The position numbers were made by a program, and so were the translations under genes. This document shows positions 25,501 to 38,500 of a stretch of DNA of 64,000 nt, in pieces. Positions within the stretch are counted from its first letter, which is position 1. Every line of letters begins with the position of its first letter. The notes beneath the pieces are model-generated. The model was not told the DNA's origin, did not search any database, and worked only from the letters and a program-made list of their open reading frames with translations. Source of the stretch: Eledone cirrhosa (lineage: Eukaryota); contig CAXHJY010000898.1 of the NCBI GenBank assembly GCA_964016885.1, forward strand, positions 310,001 to 374,000, written 5' to 3'.

Positions 25501-28500
25501 AGCTTAGGATAGCTTAGGATAGCTTAGCTTAGGATAGCTTAGCTTAGGATAGCTTAGCTTAGCTTAGCTTAGGATAGCTTAGCTTAGGATAGCTTAGGAT
25601 AGCTTAGCTTAGGATAGCTTAGCTTAGGATAGCTTAGGATAGCTTAGCTTAGCTTAGCTTAGGATAGCTTAGCTTAGCTTAGCTTAGGATAGCTTAGCTT
25701 AGCTTAGGATAGCTTAGCTTAGCTTAGCTTAGGATAGCTTAGCTTAGCTTAGCTTAGGATAGCTTAGCTTAGCTTAGCTTAGGATAGCTTAGCTTAGCTT
25801 AGGATAGCTCAGCTTAGCTTAGCTTAGGAAAGCTTAGCTTAGCTTAGCTTAGGATAGCTTAGCTTAGGATAGCTTAGCTTAGGATAGCTTAGCTTAGGTT
25901 AGCTTAGCTTAGCTTAGCTTAGGATAGCTTAGGATAGCTTAGCTTAGGATAGCTTAGCTTAGCTTAGCTTAGGATAGCTTAGCTTAGCTTAGCTTAGGAT
26001 AGCTTAGCTTAGCTTAGCTTAGGATAGCTTAGCTTAGGATAGCTTAGGATAGCTTAGCTTAGCTTAGCTTAGGATAGTTTAGCTTAGCTTAGCTTAGGAT
26101 AGCTTAGCTTAGCTTAGGATAGCTTAGCTTAGCTTAGCTTAGGATAGCTTAGCTTAGCTTAGCTTAGGATAGCTAAGCTTAGGTTAGCTTAGGATAGCTT
26201 AGGATAGCTTAGCTTAGGATAGCTTAGGATAGCTTAGCTTAGGATAGCTTAGCTTAGGATAGCTTAGCTTAGGTTAGCTTAGCTTAGCTTAGCTTAGGAT
26301 AGCTTAGGATAGCTTAGCTTAGGATAGCTTAGCTTAGCTTAGCTTAGGATAGCTTAGCTTAGGATAGCTTAGGATAGCTTAGCTTAGGATAGCTTAGCTT
26401 AGGATAGCTTAGCTTAGGATAGCTTAGGATAGCTTAGCTTAGCTTAGCTTAGGATAGCTTAGCTTAGCTTAGCTTAGGATAGCTTAGCTTAGGTTAGCTT
26501 AGCTTAGCTTAGCTTAGGATAGCTTAGCTTAGGATAGCTTAGGATAGCTTAGCTTAGGATAGCTTAGCTTAGGATAGCTTAGGATAGCTTAGCTTAGGAT
26601 AGCTTAGAATAGCTTAGCTTAGGATAGCTTAGCTTAGGATAGCTTAGGATAGCTTAGCTTAGCTTAGCTTAGGATAGCTTAGCTTAGCTTAGCTTAGGAT
26701 AGCTTAGCTTAGCTTAGCTTAGGATAGCTTAGCTTAGCTTAGCTTAGGATAGCTTAGGATAGCTTAGCTTAGGATAGCTTAGGATAGCTTAGGATAGCTT
26801 AGCTTAGCTTAGCTTAGGATAGCTTAGCTTAGCTTAGCTTAGGATAGCTTAGCTTAGCTTAGCTTAGGATAGCTTAGCTTAGCTTAGGATAGCTTAGCTT
26901 AGCTTAGCTTAGGATAGCTTAGCTTAGCTTAGCTTAGGATAGCTTAGCTTAGCTTAGGATAGCTTAGCTTAGCTTAGGATAGCTTAGCTTAGCTTAGCTT
27001 AGGATAGCTTAGCTTAGCTTAGCTTAGGATAGCTTAGCTTAGCTTAGCTTAGGATAGCTTAGCTTAGCTTAGCTTAGGATAGCTTAGCTTAGCTTAGCTT
27101 AGGATAGCTTAGCTTAGCTTAGCTTAGGATAGCTTAGCTTAGCTTAGCTTAGGATAGATTAGCTTAGCTTAGGATAGCTTAGCTTAGCTTAGCTTAGGAA
27201 AGCTTAGCTTAGCTTAGGATAGCTTAGCTTAGCTTAGCTTAGGAGAGCTTAGCTTAGCTTAGGATAGCTTAGCTTAGCTTAGCTTAGGATAGCTTAGCTT
27301 AGCTTAGCTTAGGTAGCTTAGCTTAGCTTAGCTTAGGATAGCTTAGCTTAGCTTAGCTTAGGATAGCTTAGGATAGCTTAGCTTAGGATAGCTTAGGATA
27401 GCTTACCTTAGGAGAGCTTAGCTTAGGATAGCTTAGCTTAGGATAGCTTAGGATAGCTTAGCTTAGGATAGCTTAGCTTAGGATAGCTTAGCTTAGGATA
27501 GCTTAGGATAGCTTAGCTTAGCTTAGCTTAGGATAGCTTAGCTTAGCTTAGCTTAGGATAGCTTAGCTTAGGTTAGCTTAGCTTAGCTTAGCTTAGGATA
27601 GCTTAGGATAGCTTAGCTTAGGATAGCTTAGGATAGCTTAGCTTAGGATAGCTTAGGATAGCTTAGCTTAGGATAGCTTAGCTTAGGATAGCTTAGGATT
27701 GCTTAGCTTAGGATAGCTTAGGATAGCTTAGCTTAGGATAGCTTAGCTTAGGATCGCTTAGGATAGCTTAGCTTAGCTTAGCTTAGGATAGCTTAGCTTA
27801 GCTTAGCTTAGGATAGCTTAGCTTAGCTTAGCTTAGGATAGCTTAGCTTAGCTTAGCTTAGGATAGCTTAGGATAGCTTAGCTTAGGATAGCTTAGGATA
27901 GCTTAGCTTAGGATAGCTTAGGATAGCTTAGCTTAGGATAGCTTAGCTTAGGATAGCTTAGCTTAGGATAGCTTAGGATAGCTTAGCTTAGGATAGCTTA
28001 GGATAGCTTAGCTTAGGATAGCTTAGCTTAGGATAGCTTAGCTTAGGATAGCTTAGGATAGCTTAGCTTAGCTTAGCTTAGGATAGCTTAGCTTAGCTTA
28101 GCTTAGGATAGCTTAGCTTAGCTTAGCTTAGGATAGCTTAGCTTAGCTTAGCCTAGGATAGCTTAGGATAGCTTAGCTTAGGATAGCTTAGGATAGCTTA
28201 GCTTAGGTTAGCTTAGGATAGCTTAGCTTAGGATAGATTAGCTTAGGATAGCTTAGCTTAGGATAGCTTAGGATAGCTTAGCTTAGGATAGCTTAGGATA
28301 GCTTAGCTTAGAATAGCTTAGCTTAGGATAGCTTAGGAAAGCTTAGCTTAGCTTAGCTTAGGATAGCTTAGCTTAGCTTAGCTTAGGATAGCTTAGCTTA
28401 GCTTAGCTTAGGATAGCTTAGGATAGCTTAGCTTAGGATAGCTTAGGATAGCTTAGCTTTGGATAGCTTAGCTTAGGAGAGCTTAGCTTAGGATAGCTTA

Positions 28501-29672
28501 GGATAGCTTAGCTTAGGATAGCTTAGGATAGCTTAGCTTAGGATAGCTTAGCTTAGGATAGCTTAGGATAGCTTAGCTTAGCTTAGCTTAGGATAGCTTA
28601 GCTTAGCTTAGCTTAGGATAGCTTAGCTTAGCTTAGCTTAGCTTAGGATAGCTTAGCTTAGCTTAGCTTAGGATAGCTTAGGATAGCTTAGCTTAGGATA
28701 GCTTAGGATAGCTTAGCTTAGGATAGCTTAGGATAGCTTAGCTTAGGATAGCTTAGGATAGCTTAGCTTAGGATAGCTTAGCTTAGGATAGCTTAGCTTA
28801 GCTTAGCTTAGGATAGCTTAGCTTAGGATAGCTTAGGATAGCTTAGCTTAGGATAGCTTAGCTTAGGATAGCTTAGGATAGCTTAGCTTAGCTTAGCTTA
28901 GGATAGCTTAGCTTAGCTTAGCTTAGGATAGCTTAGCTTAGCTTAGGATAGCTTAGCTTAGCTTAGCTTAGGATAGCTTAGCTTAGCTTAGCTTAGGATA
29001 GCTTAGCTTAGCTTAGCTTAGGATAGCTTAGCTTAGCTTAGGATAGCTCAGCTTAGCTTAGCTTAGGATAGCTTAGCTTAGGTTAGCTTAGGATAGCTTA
29101 GGATAGCTTAGGATAGCTTAGCTTAGCTTAGCTTAGGATAGCTTAGCTTAGCTTAGCTTAGGATAGCTTAGCTTAGCTTAGCTTAGGATAGCTTAGCTTA
29201 GCTTAGGATAGCTTAGCTTAGCTTAGCTTAGGATAGCTTAGCTTAGCTTAGGATAGCTTAGCTTAGCTTAGCTTAGGATAGCTTAGCTTTGCTTAGGATA
29301 GCTTAGCTTAGCTTAGCTTAGGATAGCTTAGCTTAGCTTAGCTTAGGATAGCTTAGCTTAGCTTAGCTTAGGATAGATTAGCTTAGCTTAGGATAGCTTA
29401 GCTTAGCTTAGCTTAGGAAAGCTTAGCTTAGCTTAGGATAGCTTAGCTTAGCTTAGCTTAGGAGAGCTTAGCTTAGCTTAGGATAGCTTAGCTTAGCTTA
29501 GCTTAGGATAGCTTATCTTAGCTTAGGTAGCTTAGCTTAGCTTAGCTTAGGATAGCTTAGCTTAGCTTAGCTTAGCTTAGGATAGCTTAGCTTAGCTTAG
29601 CTTAGGATAGCTTAGCTTAGCTTAGCTTAGGATAGCTTAGGATAGCTTAGCTTAGGATAGCTTAGGATAGCT

Positions 29673-31195
29673 TACCTTAGGAGAGCTTAGCTTAGGATAG
29701 CTTAGCTTAGGATAGCTTAGGATAGCTTAGCTTAGGATAGCTTAGCTTAGGATAGCTTAGCTTAGGATAGCTTAGGATAGCTTAGCTTAGCTTAGCTTAG
29801 GATAGCTTAGCTTAGCTTAGCTTAGGATAGCTTAGCTTAGGTTAGCTTAGCTTAGCTTAGCTTAGGATAGCTTAGCTTAGGATAGCTTATGATAGCTTAG
29901 CTTAGGATAGCTTAGCTTAGGATAGCTTAGCTTAGCTTTGCTTAGGATAGCTTAGCTTAGCTTAGCTTAGGATAGCTTAGCTTAGCTTAGCTTAGGATAG
30001 CTTAGCTTAGCTTAGCTTAGGATAGCTTAGCTTAGCTTAGCTTAGGATAGCTTAGCTTAGCTTAGCTTAGTATAGCTTAGCTTAGCTTAGCTTAGGATCG
30101 CTTAGCTTAGCTTAGCTTAGGATAGCTTAGCTTAGCTTAGGATAGCTTAGCTTAGCTTAGCTTAGGATAGCTTAGCTTAGCTTAGGATAGCTTAGGATAG
30201 CTTAGCTTAGGAGAGCTTAGCTTAGCTTAGCTTAGGATAGCTTAGCTTAGCTTAGCTTAGGATAGCTTAGCTTAACTTAGCTTAGGATAGCTTAGCTTAG
30301 CTTAACTTAGGATAGCTTAGCTTAGCTTAGCTTAGGATAGCTTAGCTTAGCTTAGCTTAGGATAGCTTAGCTTAGCTTAGCTTAGGATAGCTTAGGATAG
30401 CTTAGCTTAGGATAGCTTAGGATAGCTTACCTTAGGAGAGCTTAGCTTAGGATAGCTTAGCTTAGGATAGCTTAGGATAGCTTAGCTTAGGATAGCTTAG
30501 CTTAGGATAGCTTAGCTTAGGATAGCTTAGGATAGTTTAGCTTAGCTTAGCTTAGGATAGCTTAGCTTAGCTTAGCTTAGGATAGCTTAGCTTAGGTTAG
30601 CTTAGCTTAGCTTAGCTTAGGATAGCTTAGCTTAGGATAGCTTAGGATAGCTTAGCTTAGGATAGCTTAGCTTAGGATAGCTTAGCTTAGCTTTGCTTAG
30701 GATAGCTTAGCTTAGCTTAGCTTAGGATAGCTTAGCTTAGCTTAGCTTAGGATAGCTTAGCTTAGCTTAGCTTAGGATAGCTTAGCTTAGCTTAGCTTAG
30801 GATAGCTTAGCTTAGCTTAGCTTAGGATAGCTTAGCTTAGCTTAGCTTAGGATCGCTTAGCTTAGCTTAGCTTAGGATAGCTTAGCTTAGCTTAGGATAG
30901 CTTAGCTTAGCTTAGCTTAGGATAGCTTAGCTTAGCTTAGGATAGCTTAGGATAGCTTAGCTTAGGAGAGCTTAGCTTAGCTTAGCTTAGGATAGCTTAG
31001 CTTAGCTTAGCTTAGGATAGCTTAGCTTAACTTAGCTTAGGATAGCTTAGCTTAGCTTAACTTAGGATAGCTTAGCTTAGCTTAGCTTAGGATAGCTTAG
31101 CTTAGCTTAGCTTAGGATAGCTTAGCTTAGCTTAGCTTAGGATAGCTTAGGATAGCTTAGCTTAGGATAGCTTAGGATAGCTTACCTTAGGAGAG
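29673..31195 (+). repeat. 755-bp tandem subunit, two copies (paralog of 21000-22520)
   Basis: TACCT at 29673, 30428 and 31183, with the same internal variants. Confidence 0.85.
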
Positions 31196-32549
31196 CTTAG
31201 CTTAGGATAGCTTAGCTTAGGATAGCTTAGGATAGCTTAGCTTAGGATAGCTTAGCTTAGGATAGCTTAGGATAGCTTAGCTTAGCTTAGCTTAGGATAG
31301 CTTAGCTTAGCTTAGCTTAGGATAGCTTAGCTTAGCTTAGCTTAGGATAGCTTAGCTTAGCTTAGCTTAGGATAGCTTAGGATAGCTTAGCTTAGGATAG
31401 CTTAGGATAGCTTAGCTTAGGATAGCTTAGGATAGCTTAGCTTAGGATAGCTTAGCTTAGGATAGCTTAGCTTAGGATAGCTTAGGATAGCTTAGCTTAG
31501 GATAGCTTAGGATAGCTTAGCTTAGGATAGCTTAGCTTAGGATAGCTTAGGATAGCTTAGCTTAACTTAGCTTAGGATAGCTTAGCTTAGCTTAGCTTAG
31601 GATAGCTTAGCTTAGCTTAGCTTAGGATAGCTTAGCTTAGCTTAGCTTAGGATAGCTTAGGATAGCTTAGCTTAGGATAGCTTAGGATAGCTTAGCTTAG
31701 GATAGCTTAGGATAGTTTAGCTTAGGATAGCTTAGCTTAGGATAGCTTAGGATAGCTTAGCTTAGCTTAGCTTAGGATAGCTTAGGATAGCTTAGCTTAG
31801 GATAGCTTAGGATAGCTTAGCTTAGGATAGATTAGGATAGCTTAGCTTAGGATAGCTTAGGATAGCTTAGCTTAGGATAGCTTAGCTTAGGATAGCTTAG
31901 CTTAGCTTAGCTTAGGATAGCTTAGCTTGGGATAGCTTAGGATAGCTTAGCTTAGGATAGCTTAGCTTAGGATAGCTTAGGATAGCTTAGCTTAGCTTAG
32001 CTTAGGATAGCTTAGCTTAGCTTAGCTTAGGATAGCTTAGCTTAGCTTAGGATAGCTTAGCTTAGCTTAGCTTAGGATAGCTTAGCTTAGCTTAGCTTAG
32101 GATTGCTTAGCTTAGCTTAGCTTAGGATAGCTTAGCTTAGCTTAGCTTAGGATAGCTTAGCTTAGCTTAGCTTAGGATAGCTTAGCTTAGCTTAGCTTAG
32201 AATAGCTTAGCTTAGGATAGCTTAGCTTAGGATAGCTTAGCTTAGGATAGCTTAGCTTAGGATAGCTTAGGATAGCTTAGCTTAGGATAGCTTAGGATAG
32301 CTTAGCTTAGGATAGCTTAGCTTAGCTTAGCTTAGGATAGCTTAGCTTAGCTTAGGATAGCTTAGCTTAGCTTAGCTTAGGATAGATTAGCTTAGGATAG
32401 CTTAGGAAAGCTTAGCTTAGCTTAGCTTAGGATAGCTTAGCTTAGCTTAGCTTAGGATAGCTTAGCTTAGCTTAGGATAGCTTAGCTTAGCTTAGGATAG
32501 CTTAGCTTAGCTTAGTTTAGGATAGCTTAGCTTAGCTTAGCTTAGGATA

Positions 32550-35500
32550 GCTTAGCTTGGCTTAGCTTAGGATAGCTTAGCTTAGCTTAGCTTAGGATAG
32601 CTTAGCTTAGGATAGCTTAGCTTAGCTTAGCTTAGGATAGCTTAGCTTAGCTTAGCTTAGGATAGCTTAGCTTAGGATAGCTTAGCTTAGCTTAGCTTAG
32701 GATAGCTTAGCATAGCTTAGCTTAGGATAGCTTAGCTTAGCTTAGCTTAGGATAGCTTAGCTTAGCTTAGCTTAGGATAGCTTAGCTTAGCTTAGCTTAG
32801 GATAGCTTAGCTTAGCTTAGCTTAGGATAGCTTAGCTTAGCTTAGCTTAGGATAGCTTAGCATAGCTTAGCTTAGGATAGCTTAGCTTAGCTTAGCTTAG
32901 GATAGCTTAGCTTAGCTTAGGATAGCTTAGCTTAGCTTGGCTTAGGATAGCTTAGCTTAGCTTGGCTTAGGATAGCTTAGCTTAGCTCAGCTTAGGATAG
33001 CTTAGCTTAGGATAGCTTAGGATAGCTTAGCTTAGCTTAGCTTAGGATAGCTTAGCTTAGTTTAGGATAGCTTAGCTTAGCTTAGCTTAGGATAGCTTAG
33101 GATAGCTTAGCTTAGGATAGCTTAGGATAGCTTAGCTTAGGATAGCTTAGGATAGCTTAGCTTAGGATAGCTTAGGATAGCTTAGGTTAGGATAGCTTAG
33201 CTTAGGATAGCTTAGGATAGCTTAGCTTAGGATAGCTTAGGATAGCTTAGCTTAGGATAGCTTAGGATAGCTTAGCTTAGGATAGCTTAGCTTAGGATAG
33301 CTTAGGAAAGCTTAGCTTAGCTTAGCTTAGGATAGCTTAGCTTAGCTTAGCTTAGGATAGCTTAGCTTAGCTTAGCTTAGGATAGCTTAGGATAGCTTAG
33401 CTTAGGATAGCTTAGGATAGCTTAGCTTAGGATAGCTTAGCTTAGGATAGCTTAGCTTAGGATAGCTTAGGATAGCTTAGCTTAGGATAGCTTAGGATAG
33501 CTTAGCTTAGGATAGCTTAGCTTAGGATAGCTTAGGATAGCTTAGCTTAGCTTAGCTTAGGATAGCTTAGCTTAGCTTAGGATAGCTTAGCTTAGCTTAG
33601 CTTAGCTTAGGATAGCTTAGCTTAGCTTAGGATAGCTTAGGATAGCTTAGCTTAGGATAGCTTAGGATAGCTTAGCTTAGGATAGCTTAGGATAGCTTAG
33701 CTTAGGATAGCTTAGGATAGCTTAGCTTAGGATAGCTTAGCTTAGGATAGCTTAGCTTAGCTTAGCTTAGGATAGCTTAGCTTAGGATAGCTTAGGATAT
33801 CTTAGGTTAGGATAGCTTAGCTTAGGATAGCTTAGGATAGATTAGCTTAGCTTAGCTTAGGATAGCTTAGCTTAGCTTAGCTTAGGATAGCTTAGCTTAG
33901 CTTAGGATAGCTTAGCTTAGCTTAGCTTAGGATAGCTTAGCTTAGCTTAGCTTAGGATAGCTTAGCTTAGCTTAGGATAGCTTAGCTTAGCTTAGCTTAG
34001 GATAGCTTAGCTTAGCTTAGCTTAGGATAGCTTAGCTTAGGATAGCTTAGCTTAGGATAGCTTAGCTTAGGTTAGCTTAGCTTAGCTTAGCTTAGGATAG
34101 CTTAGGATAGCTTAGCTTAGGATAACTTAGCTTAGCTTAGCTTAGGATAGCTTAGCTTAGCTTAGCTTAGGATAGCTTAGCTTAGCTTAGCTTAGGATAG
34201 CTTAGCTTAGGATAGCTTAGGATTGCTTAGCTTAGCTTAGCTTAGGATAGCTTAGCTTAGCTTAGCTTAGGATAGCTTAGCTTAGCTTAGGATAGCTTAG
34301 CTTAGCTTAGCTTAGGATAGCTTAGCTTAGCTTAGCTTAGGATAGCTTAGCTTAGCTTAGCTTAGGATAGCTAAGGATAGCTTAGGATAGCTTAGCTTAG
34401 CTTAGCTTAGGATAGCTTAGCTTAGCTTAGGATAGCTTAGCTTAGCTTAGCTTAGGATAGCTTAGCTTAGCTTAGGATAGCTTAGCTTAGCTTAGCTTAG
34501 GATAGCTTAGCTTAGCTTAGCTTAGGATAGCTTAGCTTAGCTTAGCTTAGGATAGCTTAGCTTAGCTTAGCTTAGGATAGCTTAGCTTAGCTTAGCTTAG
34601 GATAGATTAGCTTAGCTTAGGATAGCTTAGCTTAGCTTAGCTTAGGAAAGCTTAGCTTAGCTTAGGATAGCTTAGCTTAGCTTAGCTTAGGAGAGCTTAG
34701 CTTAGCTTAGCTTAGGATAGCTTAGCTTAGCTTAGCTTAGGATAGCTTAGCTTAGCTTAGGTAGCTTAGCTTAGCTTAGCTTAGGATAGCTTAGCTTAGC
34801 TTAGCTTAGCTTAGGATAGCTTAGCTTAGCTTAGCTTAGGAGAGCTTAGCTTAGCTTAGCTTAGGGTAGCTTAGGATAGCTTAGCTTAGGATAGCTTAGG
34901 ATAGCTTACCTTAGGAGAGCTTAGCTTAGGATAGCTTAGCTTAGGATAGCTTAGGATAGCTTAGCTTAGGATAGCTTAGCTTAGGATAGCTTAGCTTAGG
35001 ATAGCTTAGGATAGCTTAGCTTAGCTTAGCTTAGGATAGCTTAGCTTAGCTTAGCTTAGGATAGCTTAGCTTAGGTTAGCTTAGCTTAGCTTAGCTTAGC
35101 TTAGGATAGCTTAGCTTAGGATAGCTTAGGATAGCTTAGGATAGCTTAGCTTAGGATAGCTTAGCTTAGGATAGCTTAGGATAGCTTAGCTTAGGATAGC
35201 TTAGGATAGCTTAGCTTAGGATAGCTTAGCTTAGGATAGCTTAGGATAGCTTAGCTTAGCTTAGCTTAGGATAGCTTAGCTTAGCTTAGCTTAGGATAGC
35301 TTAGCTTAGCTTAGGATTGCTTAGCTTAGCTTAGCTTAGGATAGCTTAGGATAGCTTAGCTTAGGATAGCTTAGCTTAGGATAGCTTAGGATAGCTTAGG
35401 ATAGCTTAGCTTAGCTTAGCTTAGGATAGCTTAGCTTAGCTTAGCTTAGGATAGCTTAGCTTAGCTTAGGATAGCTTAGCTTAGCTTAGGATAGCTTAGC

Positions 35501-38500
35501 TTAGCTTAGCTTAGGATAGCTTAGCTTAGCTTAGCTTAGGACAGCTTAGCTTAGCTTAGCTTAGGATAGCTTAGCTTAGCTTAGGATAGCTTAGCTTAGC
35601 TTAGCTTAGGATAGCTTAGCTTAGGATAGCTTAGCTTAGGATAGCTTAGCATGGGTTAGCTTAGCTTAGCTTAGCTTAGGATAGCTTAGGATAGCTTAGC
35701 TTAGGATAGCTTAGCTTAGCTTAGCTTAGGATAGCTTAGCTTAGCTTAGCTTAGGATAGCTTAGCTTAGCTTAGCTTAGCTTAGGATAGCTTAGCTTAGC
35801 TTAGCTTAGGATAGCTTAGCTTAGCTTAGGATAGTTTAGCTTAGCTTAGCTTAGGATAGCTTAGCTTAGCTTAGCTTAGGATAGCTTAGCTTAGCTTAGG
35901 ATAGCTTAGCTTAGCTTAGCTTAGGATAGCTTAGCTTAGCTTAGCTTAGGATAGCTTAGCTTAGCTTAGGATAGCTTAGCTTAGCTTAGGATAGCTTAGC
36001 TTAGCTTAGCTTAGGATAGCTTAGCTTAGCTTAGCTTAGGATAGCTTAGCTTAGGATAGCTTAGCTTAGCTTAGCTTAGGATAGCTTAGCTTAGCTTAGC
36101 TTAGGATAGCTTAGCTTAGCTTAGCTTAGGATAGCTTAGCTTAGCTTAGCTTAGGATAGCTTAGCTTGGCTTAGCTTAGGATAGCTTAGCTTAGCTTAGC
36201 TTAGGATAGCTTAGCTTAGCTTAGCTTAGGATAGCTTAGCTTAGCTTAGCTTAGGATAGCTTAGCTTAGCTTAGCTTAGGATTGCTTAGCTTAGCTTGGC
36301 TTAGGATAGCTTAGCTTAGCTTGGCTTAGGATAGCTTAGCTTAGCTTAGCTTAGGATAGCTTAGCTTAGCTTAGCTTAGGATAGCTTAGCTTAGCTTAGC
36401 TTAGGATAGCTTAGCTTAGCTTAGGATAGCTTAGCTTAGTTTAGGATAGCTTAGCTTAGCTTAGCTTAGGATAGCTTAGGATAGCTTAGCTTAGGATAGC
36501 TTAGGATAGCTTAGCTTAGGATAGCTTAGGATAGCTTAGGTTAGGATAGCTTAGCTTAGGATAGCTTAGGATAGCTTAGCTTAGGATAGCTTAGGATAGC
36601 TTAGCTTATGATAGCTTAGGATAGCTTAGCTTAGGATAGCTTAGCTTAGGATAGCTTAGGAAAGCTTAGCTTAGCTTAGCTTAGGATAGCTTAGCTTAGC
36701 TTAGCTTAGGATAGCTTAGCTTAGCTTAGCTTAGGATAGCTTAGGATAGCTTAGCTTAGGATAGCTTAGGATAGCTTAGCTTAGGATAGCTTAGCTTAGG
36801 ATAGCTTAGCTTAGGATAGCTTAGCTTAGGATAGCTTAGGATAGCTTAGCTTAGGATAGCTTAGGATAGCTTAGCTTAGGATAGCTTAGCTTAGGATAGC
36901 TTAGGATAGCTTAGCTTAGCTTAGCTTAGGAAAGCTTAGCTTAGCTTAGCTTAGTATAGCTTAGCTTAGCTTAGCTTAGCTTAGGATAGCTTAGCTTAGC
37001 TTAGCTTAGGATAGCTTAGGATAGCTTAGCTTAGGATAGCTTAGGATAGCTTAGCTTAGGATAGCTTAGGATAGCTTAGCTTAGGATAGCTTAGGATAGC
37101 TTAGCTTAGGATAGCTTAGCTTAGGATAGCTTAGCTTAGCTTAGCTTAGGATAGCTTAGCTTAGGATAGCTTAGGATAGCTTAGCTTAGGATAGCTTAGC
37201 TTAGGATAGCTTAGGATAGCTTAGCTTAGCTTAGCTTAGGATAGCTTAGCTTAGCTTAGCTTAGGATAGCTTAGCTTAGCTTAGGATAGCTTAGCTTAGC
37301 TTAGCTTAGGATAGCTTAGCTTAGCTTAGCTTAGGATAGCTTAGCTTAGCTTAGCTTAGGATAGCTTAGCTTAGCTTAGCTTAGGATAGCTTAGCTTAGC
37401 TTAGGATAGCTTAGCTTAGGATAGCTTAGGATAGCTTAGCTTAGGATAGCTTAGCTTAGGATAGCTTAGCTTAGGTTAGCTTAGCTTAGCTTAGCTTAGG
37501 ATAGCTTAGGATAGCTTAGCTTAGGATAGCTTAGCTTAGCTTAGCTTAGGATAGCTTAGCTTAGCTTAGCTTAGGATAGCTTAGCTTAGCTTAGGATAGC
37601 TTAGCTTAGGATAGCTTAGGATAGCTTAGCTTAGCTTAGCTTAGGAAAGCTTAGCTTAGCTTAGCTTAGGATAGCTTAGCTTAGCTTAGGATAGCTTAGC
37701 TTAGCTTAGCTTAGGATAGCTTAGCTTAGCTTAGCTTAGGATAGCTTAGCTTAGGTTAGCTTAGGATAGCTTAGGATAGCTTAGGATAGCTTAGCTTAGC
37801 TTAGCTTAGCTTAGGATAGCTTAGCTTAGCTTAGCTTAGGATAGCTTAGCTTAGCTTAGCTTAGGATAGCTTAGCTTAGCTTAGGATAGCTTAGCTTAGC
37901 TTAGGATAGCTTAGCTTAGCTTAGGATAGCTTAGCTTAGCTTAGCTTAGGATAGCTTAGCTTAGCTTAGCTTAGGATAGCTTAGCTTAGCTTAGCTTAGG
38001 ATAGCTTAGCTTAGCTTAGCTTAGGATAGCTTAGCTTAGCTTAGCTTAGGATAGATTAGCTTAGCTTAGGATAGCTTAGCTTAGCTTAGCTTAGGAAAGC
38101 TTAGCTTAGCTTAGGATAGCTTAGCTTAGCTTAGCTTAGGAGAGCTTAGCTTAGCTTAGCTTAGGAAAACTTAGCTTAGCTTAGCTTAGCTTAGGATAGC
38201 TTAGCTTAGCTTAGCTTAGGTAGCTTAGCTTAGCTTAGCTTAGGATAGCTTAGCTTAGCTTAGCTTAGCTTAGCTTAGGATAGCTTAGCTTAGCTTAGCT
38301 TAGGAGAGCTTAGCTTAGCTTAGGATAGCTTAGGATAGCTTAGCTTAGGATAGCTTAGGATAGCTTACCTTAGGAGAGCTTAGCTTAGGATAGCTTAGCT
38401 TAGGATAGCTTAGGATAGCTTAGCTTAGGATAGCTTAGCTTAGGATAGCTTAGCTTAGGATAGCTTAGGATAGCTTAGCTTGGCTTAGCTTAGGATAGCT

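Larger units (their letters stand above)
15190..32680 (+). repeat. ~8.7-9.0-kb tandem duplication (junction near 24,130)
   Basis: AGTAT 15551/24491 (8940); AGGATAGCTC 16831/25801 and TACCT 18434/27404 (8970); CCTAGG 19167/28152; TGGGA 23250/31928 and TGGCT 23880/32558 (8678). Confidence 0.85.
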
